From Promethearchaeota archaeon (GTDB lineage Archaea > Asgardarchaeota > Lokiarchaeia > Sigyniarchaeales > SOKP01): a DNA stretch of 58,344 nt. Below, piece by piece: positions 1 to 10,416 of this stretch (within the stretch, counting starts at the first letter, position 1; each line of letters begins with the position of its first letter). The position numbers and the translations under genes were made by a program. Location: contig JABCSY010000011.1 of the NCBI GenBank assembly GCA_018238625.1, forward strand, positions 1 through 58,344. Direction: 5' to 3'. The notes under the pieces were generated by a model. The model saw only the letters and a program-made list of their open reading frames with translations. It did not search any database and had not been told where the DNA came from.

Positions 1-356
1 GATGCTAAAGGAGCTTCAAGAAATTTTACATCAACAAAATGAAAAAAAGTAAGTGCCGTTAAGTGAAAATCTGGAAATGGAATAATCCCAAAGTAACGGT
101 ATTGCCTTAGCAAAGCGTGGTCTTTCTCAAATAACATCCCGTCCCCGAGGAGAAGGCTTAACGTCTTAATTGAGATTTGCATATACTCAGTGAAAGACAT
201 TTCAAGCCCTTTTCCAACTTTCTTTTCTTTATTCTTAGATTCGAAATCTTTCCCCTTAATTGATTGAGGGAACATGTAAATTGGTTGAGGACCTAATTTG
301 TCGTAGGCGCAAAACACTAGCCCTTTGACTATAGAAGACTCAATTAAATCATCCAT
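1..356 (-). CDS. uDENN/longin-like domain protein (runs off left edge; absent from ORF track)
   Basis: Manual translation from ATG 356: MDDLIESSIVKGLVFCAYDKLGPQPIYMFP...ISIKTLSLLLGDG...YFGIIPFPDFHLTALTFF. Clearly homologous to the N-termini of the 13449 and 28808 ORFs. Confidence 0.8.
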   Translation of the reverse strand, partial: MDDLIESSIVKGLVFCAYDKLGPQPIYMFPQSIKGKDFESKNKEKKVGKGLEMSFTEYMQISIKTLSLLLGDGMLFEKDHALLRQYRYFGIIPFPDFHLTALTFFHFVDVKFLEAPLA

Positions 357-446
357 TACATAGAACATTCTGTAATATTATTTTTGAATAATAAAGGTAG
401 GAAAGTTAATTATTTAATAATAATAGATTTTTTACTAGAACTATCG

Positions 447-1403
447 ATGTTAAAAAAAATTGCAGAATCTATTAAGAAAAATAGCAATATAATTGAAAAA
501 AAAAGCATTGATCCCGTAGTTCAATTCATAAATTTAAATTCTTTCAGAAGTTCTCGTATTTTCTCGGACATAGGGGAAGACTCGGCTGCAGTTAAGAACG
601 ATAATGGAATGTACACGTTAGTAACAACCGATCGGATTAAAACTACTTTTATTGAGAAGTTTCCATTTGGCGCTGGCTTTAGTTCCATCTTGGTTGGAGT
701 AGATGACATTTACGCGTGTGGAGGGACGCCTTTAGCCGCAAGCCTGATAATTTCTTTTAAAGATCAAACGATTGGGCAAAAAATTATTGAAGGCGTGTGC
801 GCCGGCTCGAATAAATTTAATGTTCCGATAATTCGGGGTCACACTAATATGAAAGATTATTACGAACTAAGTACTGCCCTAATAGGAGAAATCAAAAAAG
901 AAGATTACATATCTGCGAAAAATGCACAACCAAACGATAACGTCATTTTAGCCGTAGATTTTGAAGGTCGAATCGGGAGAGCAAGCAATTTACATTGGGA
1001 CACGACTACGTTTAAAGATTCTGAAATAGTTTTAAATAAAAGAAAATCTATGAATGTTATTGCCCAAGAGCACCTTGCCAACTCGTCGAAAGATGTGTCC
1101 AATGGTGGAATTTTCGGTACGATTTTTCAATTAATAAAATATTCCAAAGTTGGAGCGGATATAAATATAGAAAAAATCGTAATTCCTCCCACACTAATAG
1201 AAAAGGCTTATAATTTAGAGACCTATGTTCAAATGTATTTAACAACCTCTTATATTTTAACCGCACCAGAAGAGACGTGTCAAGATGTATTAAAGATTTT
1301 CAACGCTCATGACATGTCTGCTGCAGTAATTGGAAGGATAAGTGATGAATCAGAATTAAATATTAATGACGGTAAGGATTCAATCAAAGTTATAGAATTT
1401 TAA
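447..1403 (+). CDS. AIR synthase (PurM)-related protein, methanogenesis marker 2/sll0787-like
   Basis: GEDSAAV, VTTD, DDIYACGGTP, IIRGHT and SKDVSNGG motifs. ATG 447 preferred over TTG 384. Confidence 0.8.
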   Translation: MLKKIAESIKKNSNIIEKKSIDPVVQFINLNSFRSSRIFSDIGEDSAAVKNDNGMYTLVTTDRIKTTFIEKFPFGAGFSSILVGVDDIYACGGTPLAASLIISFKDQTIGQKIIEGVCAGSNKFNVPIIRGHTNMKDYYELSTALIGEIKKEDYISAKNAQPNDNVILAVDFEGRIGRASNLHWDTTTFKDSEIVLNKRKSMNVIAQEHLANSSKDVSNGGIFGTIFQLIKYSKVGADINIEKIVIPPTLIEKAYNLETYVQMYLTTSYILTAPEETCQDVLKIFNAHDMSAAVIGRISDESELNINDGKDSIKVIEF

Positions 1404-1494
1404 TGCAAAAATAACAATAGAAAATTATAATTTTTAGCATGAAGTTATTTATGAATTTTTCGTATCTAAAAATCAAATCAATAAAAAAAAAAGA

Positions 1495-4400
1495 TTAATT
1501 ATTATATTTTTTATTTCTTTTTCGCCATAGAATAGTGCTCGCTAAAAAGACAGCGGATATCCAGACTATAGATATATTAACAAATGCAATACCAGCGCTA
1601 AAAACTAGAGTGCTTCCATCAATCCAATCGTAATCAGTATCTACGCTTGTACCAGCCTTTTTATCAACGGTTTCAAAAGTAAAAGAACCCACCAAGAAAT
1701 TCTTTCTCCATATCTCTACAGTGTAAACTTCAGGCGTTTTCAAAGTCTTAAAATTCGTAATATACAGCTCACCAATAGAGTCAATACGATAATTCAAAGA
1801 AACATCTCCAAATGTAGCGTTTTGTAAAATTTCTCCAGGGTTATCGAATGCATATATAACGATATTAAGCTCTTCGTTGTAGACAAATGGCGTGTTGGGA
1901 TCCACCGCTTCCGCCACTCTAAGTGAATATTTAACGGGCATTGTTCGTCCCGGATTACTCTGTTCAGTCGAAGGCAATAATACCAAGATTGCCCAATTTC
2001 TGATACTAAAACTAGTGGTGTTTAACCCAATCTGGTCGAATATATCACTTGCTTCAACAATAAGCATATAGTAACCGTCAAGTAGTTCAGTTGTATCAAA
2101 AAATAACTGCCATTCTTTAGTTATTTCGTTGTATATTGCTGGCATATTTTCAAAATCATCGTGAATAAAAATTCCATTTGCTCCATCATCCTCACGAATA
2201 GTAAGGTTTACCCAAATAACCCTGCTCTCGTCTTCTGCTTTCCCTGTAAATACAATACCGTCTTGCAAAGCTTGACCCTCTCTTGGTGTCTCCACTGTAA
2301 TAGAAGGAAGTGTAATCTCTTTAAAGAGCGCAAATATGGATAAACTTTCTACTTCACCATATATGATATTTGCATCTGTGTCTACCCAAGTTGTTACGTC
2401 AATCCACTTCTCGTCCTTAGAATCCCAGTGTTTTAACTTAAGATTTTTCTCATTTCCTTTGACAAGCGTTTCATTGTATGGTATAGCAATTTCAATAGTT
2501 CCTGCGAAAGAAGCAGTTGTTGATATATCGTAATAAGTACCAGTCAATAAAAATCCTGATGGTGGGTCCGGACCTATATCTTGAATAGAGATCTTAGTAG
2601 TTCCTCCGGAAGTAATCCTATAAAATATTAAAGTTATACCTGAATCCTGATCGTTAAATTTTATACATTCACCAACAGGTGTATTACATCCATCGTCCCA
2701 AATCGGGTAATTATCTTGGCTTCCTGCTGTTCCAAGAATAATATTCGGCGTATCTCCAATCCCATCGTCGTCAAAATCCACACCTAAATAATCGTTCCAA
2801 TAATTACCAATCGTACCATCGTCCCATTGATTATTGCTACCATCATCTTGAGCTTGGGAGAGCCCAGATGGGTTATTGTCGATAAATATATTGTGGTGAA
2901 TTATATTACTACTCCCACCGGCGATATAAATACCATGCAAGCGATTTGATTCTAAATAATTATTGGATACAATGCAATCTGATGTACCATGTGAACCATA
3001 AAAAGCCATATAAATTCCTTCCTTGAAATTGTTGTTACAAATATTATCGATAATTAAACAATTTGAACTGAAAATATAGATACCTTGATAGTTATTATTA
3101 CACGTATTATTGGCTACTTTAGAGTAATCAGACTGTCCTATTATGATACCAACTCCTTGACCGCCTTTGCATGTATTATTAATAATAGCAGAATAGGGAG
3201 ATTGACCAATCATTATTCCCCGTATACAGTTGATGCACGTATTGTTTATGACTTCAGCATAAGCAGAACTCCAAAGGCTAATCCCAAACTCGTTGATAAC
3301 ATTTCTACATGTATTGTTTATAATTTTAGCTGTCCCATCAGCGACATTGTCAATGTAAATACCATAAGATAAAGCTTCAATATAACAATTGCGTATTATG
3401 AAATACTCAGAACTATCTATAATATGGATTCCTGTACTACTTGAGGTTATTATTTGGAAGTTTTCAATAATGTAAGGATCATTTAAAGTTCCCGAACCTG
3501 TACATACTTTATATTTAAGAGCCCAAGTCCAATTATGAGCTCCAACACCAGTAGCATCTCCGTCAATGAAAATTGGTAAATGTGCTGGATCCATATAATT
3601 TAAAGGATCGGAATCGAGAATCAAGACTTCTTCTCCATCAGATAAACCATCACCATCAGTATTTGGATTAAGAGGATCTGTACCATAAATCACTTCTTCG
3701 TATACATCCAATATTCCATCATTGTCGGAATCAATTGATATCCAGCTTTTTTCATCAATAAATGGATATGGATCATATCCCGCCCTTGGCCAAGGTATAT
3801 TAGTGTCACCTATTCCATCCCCAGCAATAGCATGCTTTTCAGTGCCACTTCCATCATCAAGTCCATTATAATCAGAATAATAGTTTCCCTCTAATAATTC
3901 TGGATGATACCAATAATTATTTATAGAGGATTCTACCCATATTTGTCTATCATAATTATTTATAAAGTTATTATGATAAACAAGATTATTATTAGAGTTT
4001 TCATGGATAAAAACACCACACCAATTATGTTCAGCATTGTTAGCTGACAAAATGTTGTCATTCGAATTTCTAAATATTTTAAAACCATAATTAGCATTTG
4101 ATACAATATTTCCTATAAAAATATTGTAAGAACTACTAGATAATGTAAAACCACAATAGGTGCTACCATCGGCTAGATTATTTAAAAAAGTATTATAATT
4201 TGAATCAGTGAGATGAAATCCTTTTCCATTATTAATAACTATGTTATCAGAAAGGAAATTGTTGTCAGAACTATCAAATAGATAAAATGCGGCTTCAGGA
4301 TTTTCTATGGCTGTGTTATAATTAAGTATGTTGAACTCTGAACCAGACCTTAAAAAGAACGCTATATATGTGTTTTGATAAGCAATATTATTTGAGATTA

Positions 4401-7400
4401 CATTGTTAGAACTACTTGATATATAAAAACCATAAAAACAGGAGGTTACTCTGTTTTCGGTAATTGTATTGAAATCAGAAAAAGAGAGATAAAACCCATA
4501 AGTCCACCTCTCAATAGCAACATCTTTAATTGTGACCCCAGTTCTACCATTTAAATAAAACCCAGTTCCTGTTCCGCCTCCTTTTAATTTAAATCCATTA
4601 CCGTCAATAACTATATTATCAGCAGTTATTATTATGGGTCCATAAATATCTTCAGTAAAAGTAAAATCAGAGTCTATATAAAGTTTTGGAGACATTCCAG
4701 TCATTACTACGAATTCTGAAAGACTTGATATGTTACCATAAAGAATATTATTTGTTGTGTCAATGACAGTGGTAATATCTTCCCATTGACCAATCTCCGT
4801 GCTCCAATGCATAAGTCTCGGATTTCCCACATTATAAGGTATTGCTATAGTAATTACTCCAGAATAACTAGCTGTTGTAGTGATATCGTAATATTGTCCC
4901 GACACACTGAATCCTGATGGGGGGGGATTTCCTGTATCACTGGTACTAATACTTGTTGTACCGCTCTCAGTAATATCGCTAAATTTAATAGATATACCTG
5001 AAACGGGGTCTTCAAGTTCTACATCTTCTCCAATAGGCGTATTTTCACCATCGTCCCAAATTGGGTAATTATCTAAGCTCCCCGCCGAGCCACTAATTAG
5101 GTATGGAGAATCGCCAATTCCATCATCGTTAAAATCTATGCCGGAATAATCGTCCCAATAGTTCCCTATGACACCATCATCCCATTGGTTATTCGTTCCA
5201 TCATCTAGTGCGTTTATGTTGTTTCCAATAAAATTATTATTCGAAATAATATTATTAGAAGCGTTACCTGTTAAAAAGAAACCCTTGAATAAATTATTTA
5301 GAGCAGTATTATGGGTAAGACTATTACTATCGCTTGAATACATTCCAAAACCGTATGAATTTTCGATAGCAAGGTTATCTATAAGAAAATTATTTGAACC
5401 GGTAAATAAAAAGAATCCATGGGTGTTTTCATTAGCAGTGTTGCTTGTTATGGTGTTATAAGAACTAAAATATAGATATAAACCTACGACTTCGTTACTT
5501 TGCATGTCGTTTCCAGTAATAGTTATATCAGTACAATGCATTAAGCAAATTCCATAATAATTATTATCTGAGCAATCGTTATTGATTAACTTTCCATTCT
5601 TTACATTATATAGTTTGATTCCAGCATCATATTTGTCTGTGCCTGAATTATAAGCATAACAATTTTCAATTACAAAGTATACATCTGAATTTCTAATCTC
5701 AATTCCACTACCAGAATTCTCAGCATTTATTGTAATATCTTTAATTACGTACGGATCGGTTTCTATACCAGAACCGGTACACCACCACTGATTAACAGCC
5801 CACGACCAGTTTACTTCAGTATTATCATCATCAATATAAATACTAAGTATCGCATCAACAGTAAACATATTAAAAGAACTCCAACTACACCAATTTCCCA
5901 CATCATCTTTTGCATTCACGCGCCAATAATAATCACCATCATATAGACCTGATACAGAGTACTGTACGTCCGTAAGGGTCGTATCAATTATTGGAGATGA
6001 AAAATCAGTATTCATATAAACCTGGATTCCATATTCAACAGCATCAGCAATATCAGTCCATTGAAAAATAACAGTATCATCGTTGATTACTGAATCCATA
6101 GAAGGCGATAACAAAGTAGGTGTTGCTGGAGGTATAGTATCGATTGTAAAAGACCAAGGACCACCTACAGGTCCATACCCCCAATTACACGCTTCATCTT
6201 GTGCGTGAAGAGTCCAATAATATATCCCATCCTCCAAATTTACAGTGGTTAATTGAGTATTAGTAGTAAATTCATGTTGAATTAAAGGATCCCAAAGCTC
6301 GATGTGATCGTCAATATATACCTGATAGAGTACCGCGTCAGGAACTTCTAACCATTTAAGAGTTGGCGTTTCTGTGTTTATTTTCGCACCATCGAGTGGT
6401 TCTAACAAAGTTGGACGGGCTGGTCTTATTGTGTCTATGATGTAAGACCAAGTATCGCTCCATTCACCATAGATTCCCACCGAGTTTTTAGCACATACAC
6501 GCCAATATTTTGTACCTTCAGTTAGAGATGATGGTGCTTGGATTTGCGTATCCGCGGTCCAACATGTTGAATATCCTACTGGATATGAAAAAGTAGGAGA
6601 TTTACTAAATTGTATTTTGTACTCTACTGCTCTTGGAACGGGATTCCACTCTACAATTGGTTGTCGAATTGTAACAAAACCACCATTATCTGGTGAAAGG
6701 AGAGTGGGTTTGCTTGGAGGCGTCGGATCCTCCGTGATTGTGAAGTATGGACTCTTACCAAAAATTGTACTATCTCTACGATCAACAATTTTAATATAAT
6801 AATCATCTCCGTAAAGCAGATCATTAGGAAGTGTATAATAAAAGGAATCGAGATCAGTAAATGTCCATAGCGCAGGTCTGTAAATAAAGGACTCTCCCTT
6901 AAAAAGCTCAATATTTATAGGTGAGTCAAAAAGAGAATAGCCCGTTGATTCCCAATTTACCCAATAACTACTTCCTGCTTCCCATACCGTGTTATCAGTA
7001 GGGTTTGTAACAGTGATAGATTTATGTTCTTCAATAATTGTAAATTCCTCACTAAAATCTCCAGTGAAAGTATTAAAACCTTCAGCTCTGACCATTATTT
7101 TATAATTTGTGAAATGACGATAATCACTCGGGATTGCCCACTCATACCAGCTTTCACCAGTAGGGTCGTTAGGTATATTTTCTCCGATTAATACAGTTTT
7201 GTGATAATAATATATTGGAATTAAAACAGTTATGTTAACGTAATCTATACTACCCGTATAATACCACTTAATGAATTGGCTCGTACCCGCTTCCCATACA
7301 GTATTGCTATTTGGATTTGTAATTGTTATTCTTATAGTTTCTCCATCGCTTGTTTTTGGCGTTGATTCATTTTTCCCATAGTCAAGAATGTCATCGACCA

Positions 7401-7485
7401 AATATGCTTGCGCTCCAATTATACTTATTAAAACACATAGAAAAATTGTTAAACCGATTTTTTTTGATATTTTGTTTTTTTTCAT
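1495..7485 (-). CDS. Large membrane-anchored cell-surface protein (Ig-like, FN3-like x3, NosD/beta-helix x3, Ca-binding Asp repeats, PxKF-like domain)
   Basis: N-terminal signal/TM; ITNP..NTVWEAG repeats; PTLLSP...YYWRV repeats; NxIxNN beta-helix repeats ending GNYW.DY.G.D..DGIGD; DSDNDG/TDGDGLSDGEE; C-terminal TM plus basic tail. Confidence 0.85.
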   Translation of the reverse strand: MKKNKISKKIGLTIFLCVLISIIGAQAYLVDDILDYGKNESTPKTSDGETIRITITNPNSNTVWEAGTSQFIKWYYTGSIDYVNITVLIPIYYYHKTVLIGENIPNDPTGESWYEWAIPSDYRHFTNYKIMVRAEGFNTFTGDFSEEFTIIEEHKSITVTNPTDNTVWEAGSSYWVNWESTGYSLFDSPINIELFKGESFIYRPALWTFTDLDSFYYTLPNDLLYGDDYYIKIVDRRDSTIFGKSPYFTITEDPTPPSKPTLLSPDNGGFVTIRQPIVEWNPVPRAVEYKIQFSKSPTFSYPVGYSTCWTADTQIQAPSSLTEGTKYWRVCAKNSVGIYGEWSDTWSYIIDTIRPARPTLLEPLDGAKINTETPTLKWLEVPDAVLYQVYIDDHIELWDPLIQHEFTTNTQLTTVNLEDGIYYWTLHAQDEACNWGYGPVGGPWSFTIDTIPPATPTLLSPSMDSVINDDTVIFQWTDIADAVEYGIQVYMNTDFSSPIIDTTLTDVQYSVSGLYDGDYYWRVNAKDDVGNWCSWSSFNMFTVDAILSIYIDDDNTEVNWSWAVNQWWCTGSGIETDPYVIKDITINAENSGSGIEIRNSDVYFVIENCYAYNSGTDKYDAGIKLYNVKNGKLINNDCSDNNYYGICLMHCTDITITGNDMQSNEVVGLYLYFSSYNTITSNTANENTHGFFLFTGSNNFLIDNLAIENSYGFGMYSSDSNSLTHNTALNNLFKGFFLTGNASNNIISNNNFIGNNINALDDGTNNQWDDGVIGNYWDDYSGIDFNDDGIGDSPYLISGSAGSLDNYPIWDDGENTPIGEDVELEDPVSGISIKFSDITESGTTSISTSDTGNPPPSGFSVSGQYYDITTTASYSGVITIAIPYNVGNPRLMHWSTEIGQWEDITTVIDTTNNILYGNISSLSEFVVMTGMSPKLYIDSDFTFTEDIYGPIIITADNIVIDGNGFKLKGGGTGTGFYLNGRTGVTIKDVAIERWTYGFYLSFSDFNTITENRVTSCFYGFYISSSSNNVISNNIAYQNTYIAFFLRSGSEFNILNYNTAIENPEAAFYLFDSSDNNFLSDNIVINNGKGFHLTDSNYNTFLNNLADGSTYCGFTLSSSSYNIFIGNIVSNANYGFKIFRNSNDNILSANNAEHNWCGVFIHENSNNNLVYHNNFINNYDRQIWVESSINNYWYHPELLEGNYYSDYNGLDDGSGTEKHAIAGDGIGDTNIPWPRAGYDPYPFIDEKSWISIDSDNDGILDVYEEVIYGTDPLNPNTDGDGLSDGEEVLILDSDPLNYMDPAHLPIFIDGDATGVGAHNWTWALKYKVCTGSGTLNDPYIIENFQIITSSSTGIHIIDSSEYFIIRNCYIEALSYGIYIDNVADGTAKIINNTCRNVINEFGISLWSSAYAEVINNTCINCIRGIMIGQSPYSAIINNTCKGGQGVGIIIGQSDYSKVANNTCNNNYQGIYIFSSNCLIIDNICNNNFKEGIYMAFYGSHGTSDCIVSNNYLESNRLHGIYIAGGSSNIIHHNIFIDNNPSGLSQAQDDGSNNQWDDGTIGNYWNDYLGVDFDDDGIGDTPNIILGTAGSQDNYPIWDDGCNTPVGECIKFNDQDSGITLIFYRITSGGTTKISIQDIGPDPPSGFLLTGTYYDISTTASFAGTIEIAIPYNETLVKGNEKNLKLKHWDSKDEKWIDVTTWVDTDANIIYGEVESLSIFALFKEITLPSITVETPREGQALQDGIVFTGKAEDESRVIWVNLTIREDDGANGIFIHDDFENMPAIYNEITKEWQLFFDTTELLDGYYMLIVEASDIFDQIGLNTTSFSIRNWAILVLLPSTEQSNPGRTMPVKYSLRVAEAVDPNTPFVYNEELNIVIYAFDNPGEILQNATFGDVSLNYRIDSIGELYITNFKTLKTPEVYTVEIWRKNFLVGSFTFETVDKKAGTSVDTDYDWIDGSTLVFSAGIAFVNISIVWISAVFLASTILWRKRNKKYNN

Positions 7486-7594
7486 TTTTTATATTTCACT
7501 TTTTTTTAAATTAATTTTTTATCAGATTTACTGTAGCTACTAAGCGTAGTTACAATTGTGAATTAAATACGTATTATCGTATATATAGTCATAC

Positions 7595-7632
7595 TTCCAA
7601 TAGTTTCATGGAAGTTCCAATTTTTCCTGGAA
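7595..7632. promoter_or_regulatory. Two tandem TTCCA-N8/9-TGGAA inverted repeats, candidate operator
   Basis: ttcca-atagtttca-tggaa and ttcca-atttttcc-tggaa just upstream of a TATA-like tract for the surface-protein gene. Confidence 0.35.
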
Positions 7633-7705
7633 GGTATCCTAAATAAAACTAAAAAAAGAAAAATAAAATTATTTTTTTGCCCTCATTTAATATTTTGCAT
7701 TAGAT

Positions 7706-7723
7706 CTATACATTAATGTATAG
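7706..7723. repeat. Perfect 18-bp palindrome
   Basis: ctatacatt|aatgtatag, intergenic. Confidence 0.5.
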
Positions 7724-7906
7724 GTATTATTCCTAGATCTATAAGTATATCATATAATCCTAATAAAACTGATTCTTAAACGTCACTTACTTTTATGATT
7801 AATGGTGTTTAGAGTGCTATCCTTAAGGACCAATATAATCGATAAGAAGCAAGCTATAAGAAACAATATATGTCCCAAATCAAACGATAATTCTCGTTAT
7901 TAGCCT

Positions 7907-8104
7907 TTATTTAAGATTTGACAGGCTAAAAATCTGTTTCGGAATATATGTATTACATCTTGGACATTGATAAATCTGTTTTATATCTTTAGGTATGTGA
8001 TGAACTTGTTCCATGATATGTCCACAAGCTGGGCAGTAAACTGAAGAATCCTTTCGATACGGGGCTGTAAAAATACTTGGTTTTAATCTGTATTTTGTTT
8101 CCAT
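7907..8104 (-). CDS. Small CPxCG-type zinc-ribbon protein
   Basis: CPACG...CPRC in 65 aa. Confidence 0.7.
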   Translation of the reverse strand: METKYRLKPSIFTAPYRKDSSVYCPACGHIMEQVHHIPKDIKQIYQCPRCNTYIPKQIFSLSNLK

Positions 8105-8300
8105 ATAATTATAATATGGATTTCGATCATTTAAACTTTGTTCTCGATCATATGGTGATCGTTATGCAAAGTTCCGATGATCAATAAGCTCATTTTGAAA
8201 TTGAAAAATTTATTGGATACTTATCTTTCTAATCTTTCTAAACAAATAAAAATATTCGAGCAATAATAGGAATTATAGAAAAAATAAGAATTGAAATACA

Positions 8301-8861
8301 ATGAGTTTTAATTTCAAAAATAAATTTAAGGGAACTGTTTCTGTAATTGGCACTAGCCAAATCGATTCAAAAACGGAGAAATTAGCTATTGAATTGGGAC
8401 GCGTGCTAGCTATAAACAATTTTGCTGTTGCGTGTGGAGGGCTTTCTGGAGTTATGGAAGCGGTTTGTAAAGGAGCGAAACAAGAAGGGGGATTCACGAT
8501 AGGAATAATTCCTTTTAAAGATAAGCACTTAGCAAATAAATATGTTGATGTCGTTATTCCAGTTCCGTTTTCTCAAGCGCGAAATATAGTCGTCGTGCTT
8601 AGTGGAGACGCAGTAGTCGCAATAGCGGGGAAAGCAGGCACCTTATCAGAAATATGCTTCGCTTGGATATACGAGAAACCAATCGTCGCGCTAACTGGTG
8701 CTGTAGGGGGGTGGTCCTCTAAAATGGCAGGCAAAAAAATCGACGATAGAAGAAGCGATTCGATATATGGAGCAAAAACAGCTCTAGAAGCGGTCGAGAA
8801 ATTGAACGAACTTTTTGAAAAAGGAACTAATGCTAAGTATGGTATGCCAAATGAATTTTAA
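8301..8861 (+). CDS. LOG family (TIGR00725-like) nucleotide phosphoribohydrolase
   Basis: CGGLSGVMEAVCKGAK..GG.TIGIIP, ARNIVVV, GKAGTLSE. Confidence 0.9.
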   Translation: MSFNFKNKFKGTVSVIGTSQIDSKTEKLAIELGRVLAINNFAVACGGLSGVMEAVCKGAKQEGGFTIGIIPFKDKHLANKYVDVVIPVPFSQARNIVVVLSGDAVVAIAGKAGTLSEICFAWIYEKPIVALTGAVGGWSSKMAGKKIDDRRSDSIYGAKTALEAVEKLNELFEKGTNAKYGMPNEF

Positions 8862-8915
8862 AAAAGTTAAAAGCTTAAATAAAATATTTGATAAGATATT
8901 TTTAAGGTGTTATGG

Positions 8916-9173
8916 ATGGTAAAAATTAGTGGAGGAGATGGCTTTTCTTTCGAAGAAGCTATAAAAATCTCAGAATGCGACAATATTGAAGGCGTAGAAC
9001 AGGAATACGTTGAAGTTCGAAAAAGATTTGGCAAGTATCAATCAATTAGGCAGAGTTTACATGACAAAAATGGAAAAATGTACGATGTTTTGGAATTGAA
9101 ATTGGAGGACGGTCGAGAAATTACTTTCTATTTCGATATTTCAGATTTTTTCGGAAAGGGATTTGAATTTTAG
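8916..9173 (+). CDS. Conserved small hypothetical protein
   Basis: Clean ORF, SGGDG.S.EEAI and YFDIS.FFG; ATG 8916 follows aaggtg. Confidence 0.65.
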   Translation: MVKISGGDGFSFEEAIKISECDNIEGVEQEYVEVRKRFGKYQSIRQSLHDKNGKMYDVLELKLEDGREITFYFDISDFFGKGFEF

Positions 9174-9318
9174 TATAAAACAATTTTTTTTACTAAATTT
9201 TAAGAATATCTCTTATTAATGAAAAAATATGCTAAACATTTTAATATTTAAGTTAAGGATAATTTTATAAGAATGTTTGATATATTATCTTACATAAGAA
9301 TATGGTTGTGAGGAATTC

Positions 9319-10290
9319 ATGACAATTCAATATTTATCTAAAGATAAAAAAGCAAAAAAGGAAGCCATAGCGTCGCCTAGTAAAATTTTATTTACAGGGT
9401 TAGATAACGCCGGTAAGACAACAATTATTTATGCTATCCAGAGGGAATTCTCGAAGATCGCGTTCCTAAAACCAACAAGAGGGGCTCAGAGAAGAATATT
9501 TGAGTTTCTAGGGCGAGAAATAGCTGAATGGGACCTAGGCGGTCAATTTAGCTATAGAATAGCTTATTTAAAGAATCCTGGAAAGTATTTCGATGATACT
9601 GAGATTGCTGTTTACGTAATAGATGTGCAAAATCGCGCAAGAATACCCGAATCTATCAGCTATTTTAAAGACGTAGTAGAGCAATTTAAAAAGCTGGAAA
9701 TAGAGCCAAGCATCTATATTTTTTTCCACAAATACGATCCAGCGTTAAGACGAAACGCTATAAACGAAATGAAGGCTCTTGAAATAGAATTAAAAGAAAA
9801 GATAAAAAGCGAGGTAAATTATAAGAAAATCTTTTATTACAATACTTCAATCTACGATTTACCCAGTATCATTAAAGCCATGTCTGAGATCCTTTTGGAT
9901 TTATACCCCAAATCGGAGTTAATTGAAAAAACGATCGTAGAATTTGGCAAAAAGACATACTCGGAAGGAGTGGTTTTATTAGACGATAATAGTCTTATCG
10001 TTGGTAGTTATTACAAGGATGAGGAAACAAAGAATCTTCTCTCTGCAAGCACTCCATACTTTCTCACGCTTAACGATAGCTTTGTTTTTACTAAAGCTCA
10101 ACCTAGCCGCCAAGAAGAGGAAAATCACATGATTGTGCAAAGATACGGAAAGAATTTCATTTTCAAACAACTTTCTTTAAAAGACGACTCTACTCCGTAC
10201 TATTTACTTATGCTTAAACAAGAGCCAAATATTAACCAAGAAGATTTTGATTGTTTTGCTAACTTATTAAAAGAGATCCTATATAGTTAA
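9319..10290 (+). CDS. Rag/Gtr-like (Arf-related) small GTPase with C-terminal roadblock-like domain
   Basis: G1 GLDNAGKT, PTRG, G3 WDLGGQ, G4 HKYD, G5 TSIYD; C-terminal EGVVLLDDNSLIVGS. Confidence 0.85.
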   Translation: MTIQYLSKDKKAKKEAIASPSKILFTGLDNAGKTTIIYAIQREFSKIAFLKPTRGAQRRIFEFLGREIAEWDLGGQFSYRIAYLKNPGKYFDDTEIAVYVIDVQNRARIPESISYFKDVVEQFKKLEIEPSIYIFFHKYDPALRRNAINEMKALEIELKEKIKSEVNYKKIFYYNTSIYDLPSIIKAMSEILLDLYPKSELIEKTIVEFGKKTYSEGVVLLDDNSLIVGSYYKDEETKNLLSASTPYFLTLNDSFVFTKAQPSRQEEENHMIVQRYGKNFIFKQLSLKDDSTPYYLLMLKQEPNINQEDFDCFANLLKEILYS

Positions 10291-10416
10291 CTCCTTTTAT
10301 TTTTAATTTGCTTTAGCTAACATTAATAAAATTGAATTTTTATACTTATATATAGATAAAAACTTTATATGCGATACTATATCTGATTTTAAAAGCTGAT
10401 AAAAGAGATAATCCTA

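Noticed and set aside
447-1403. Selenophosphate synthetase SelD
   Set aside because: PurM fold, but no N-terminal G-[CU]-x-x-K catalytic motif.
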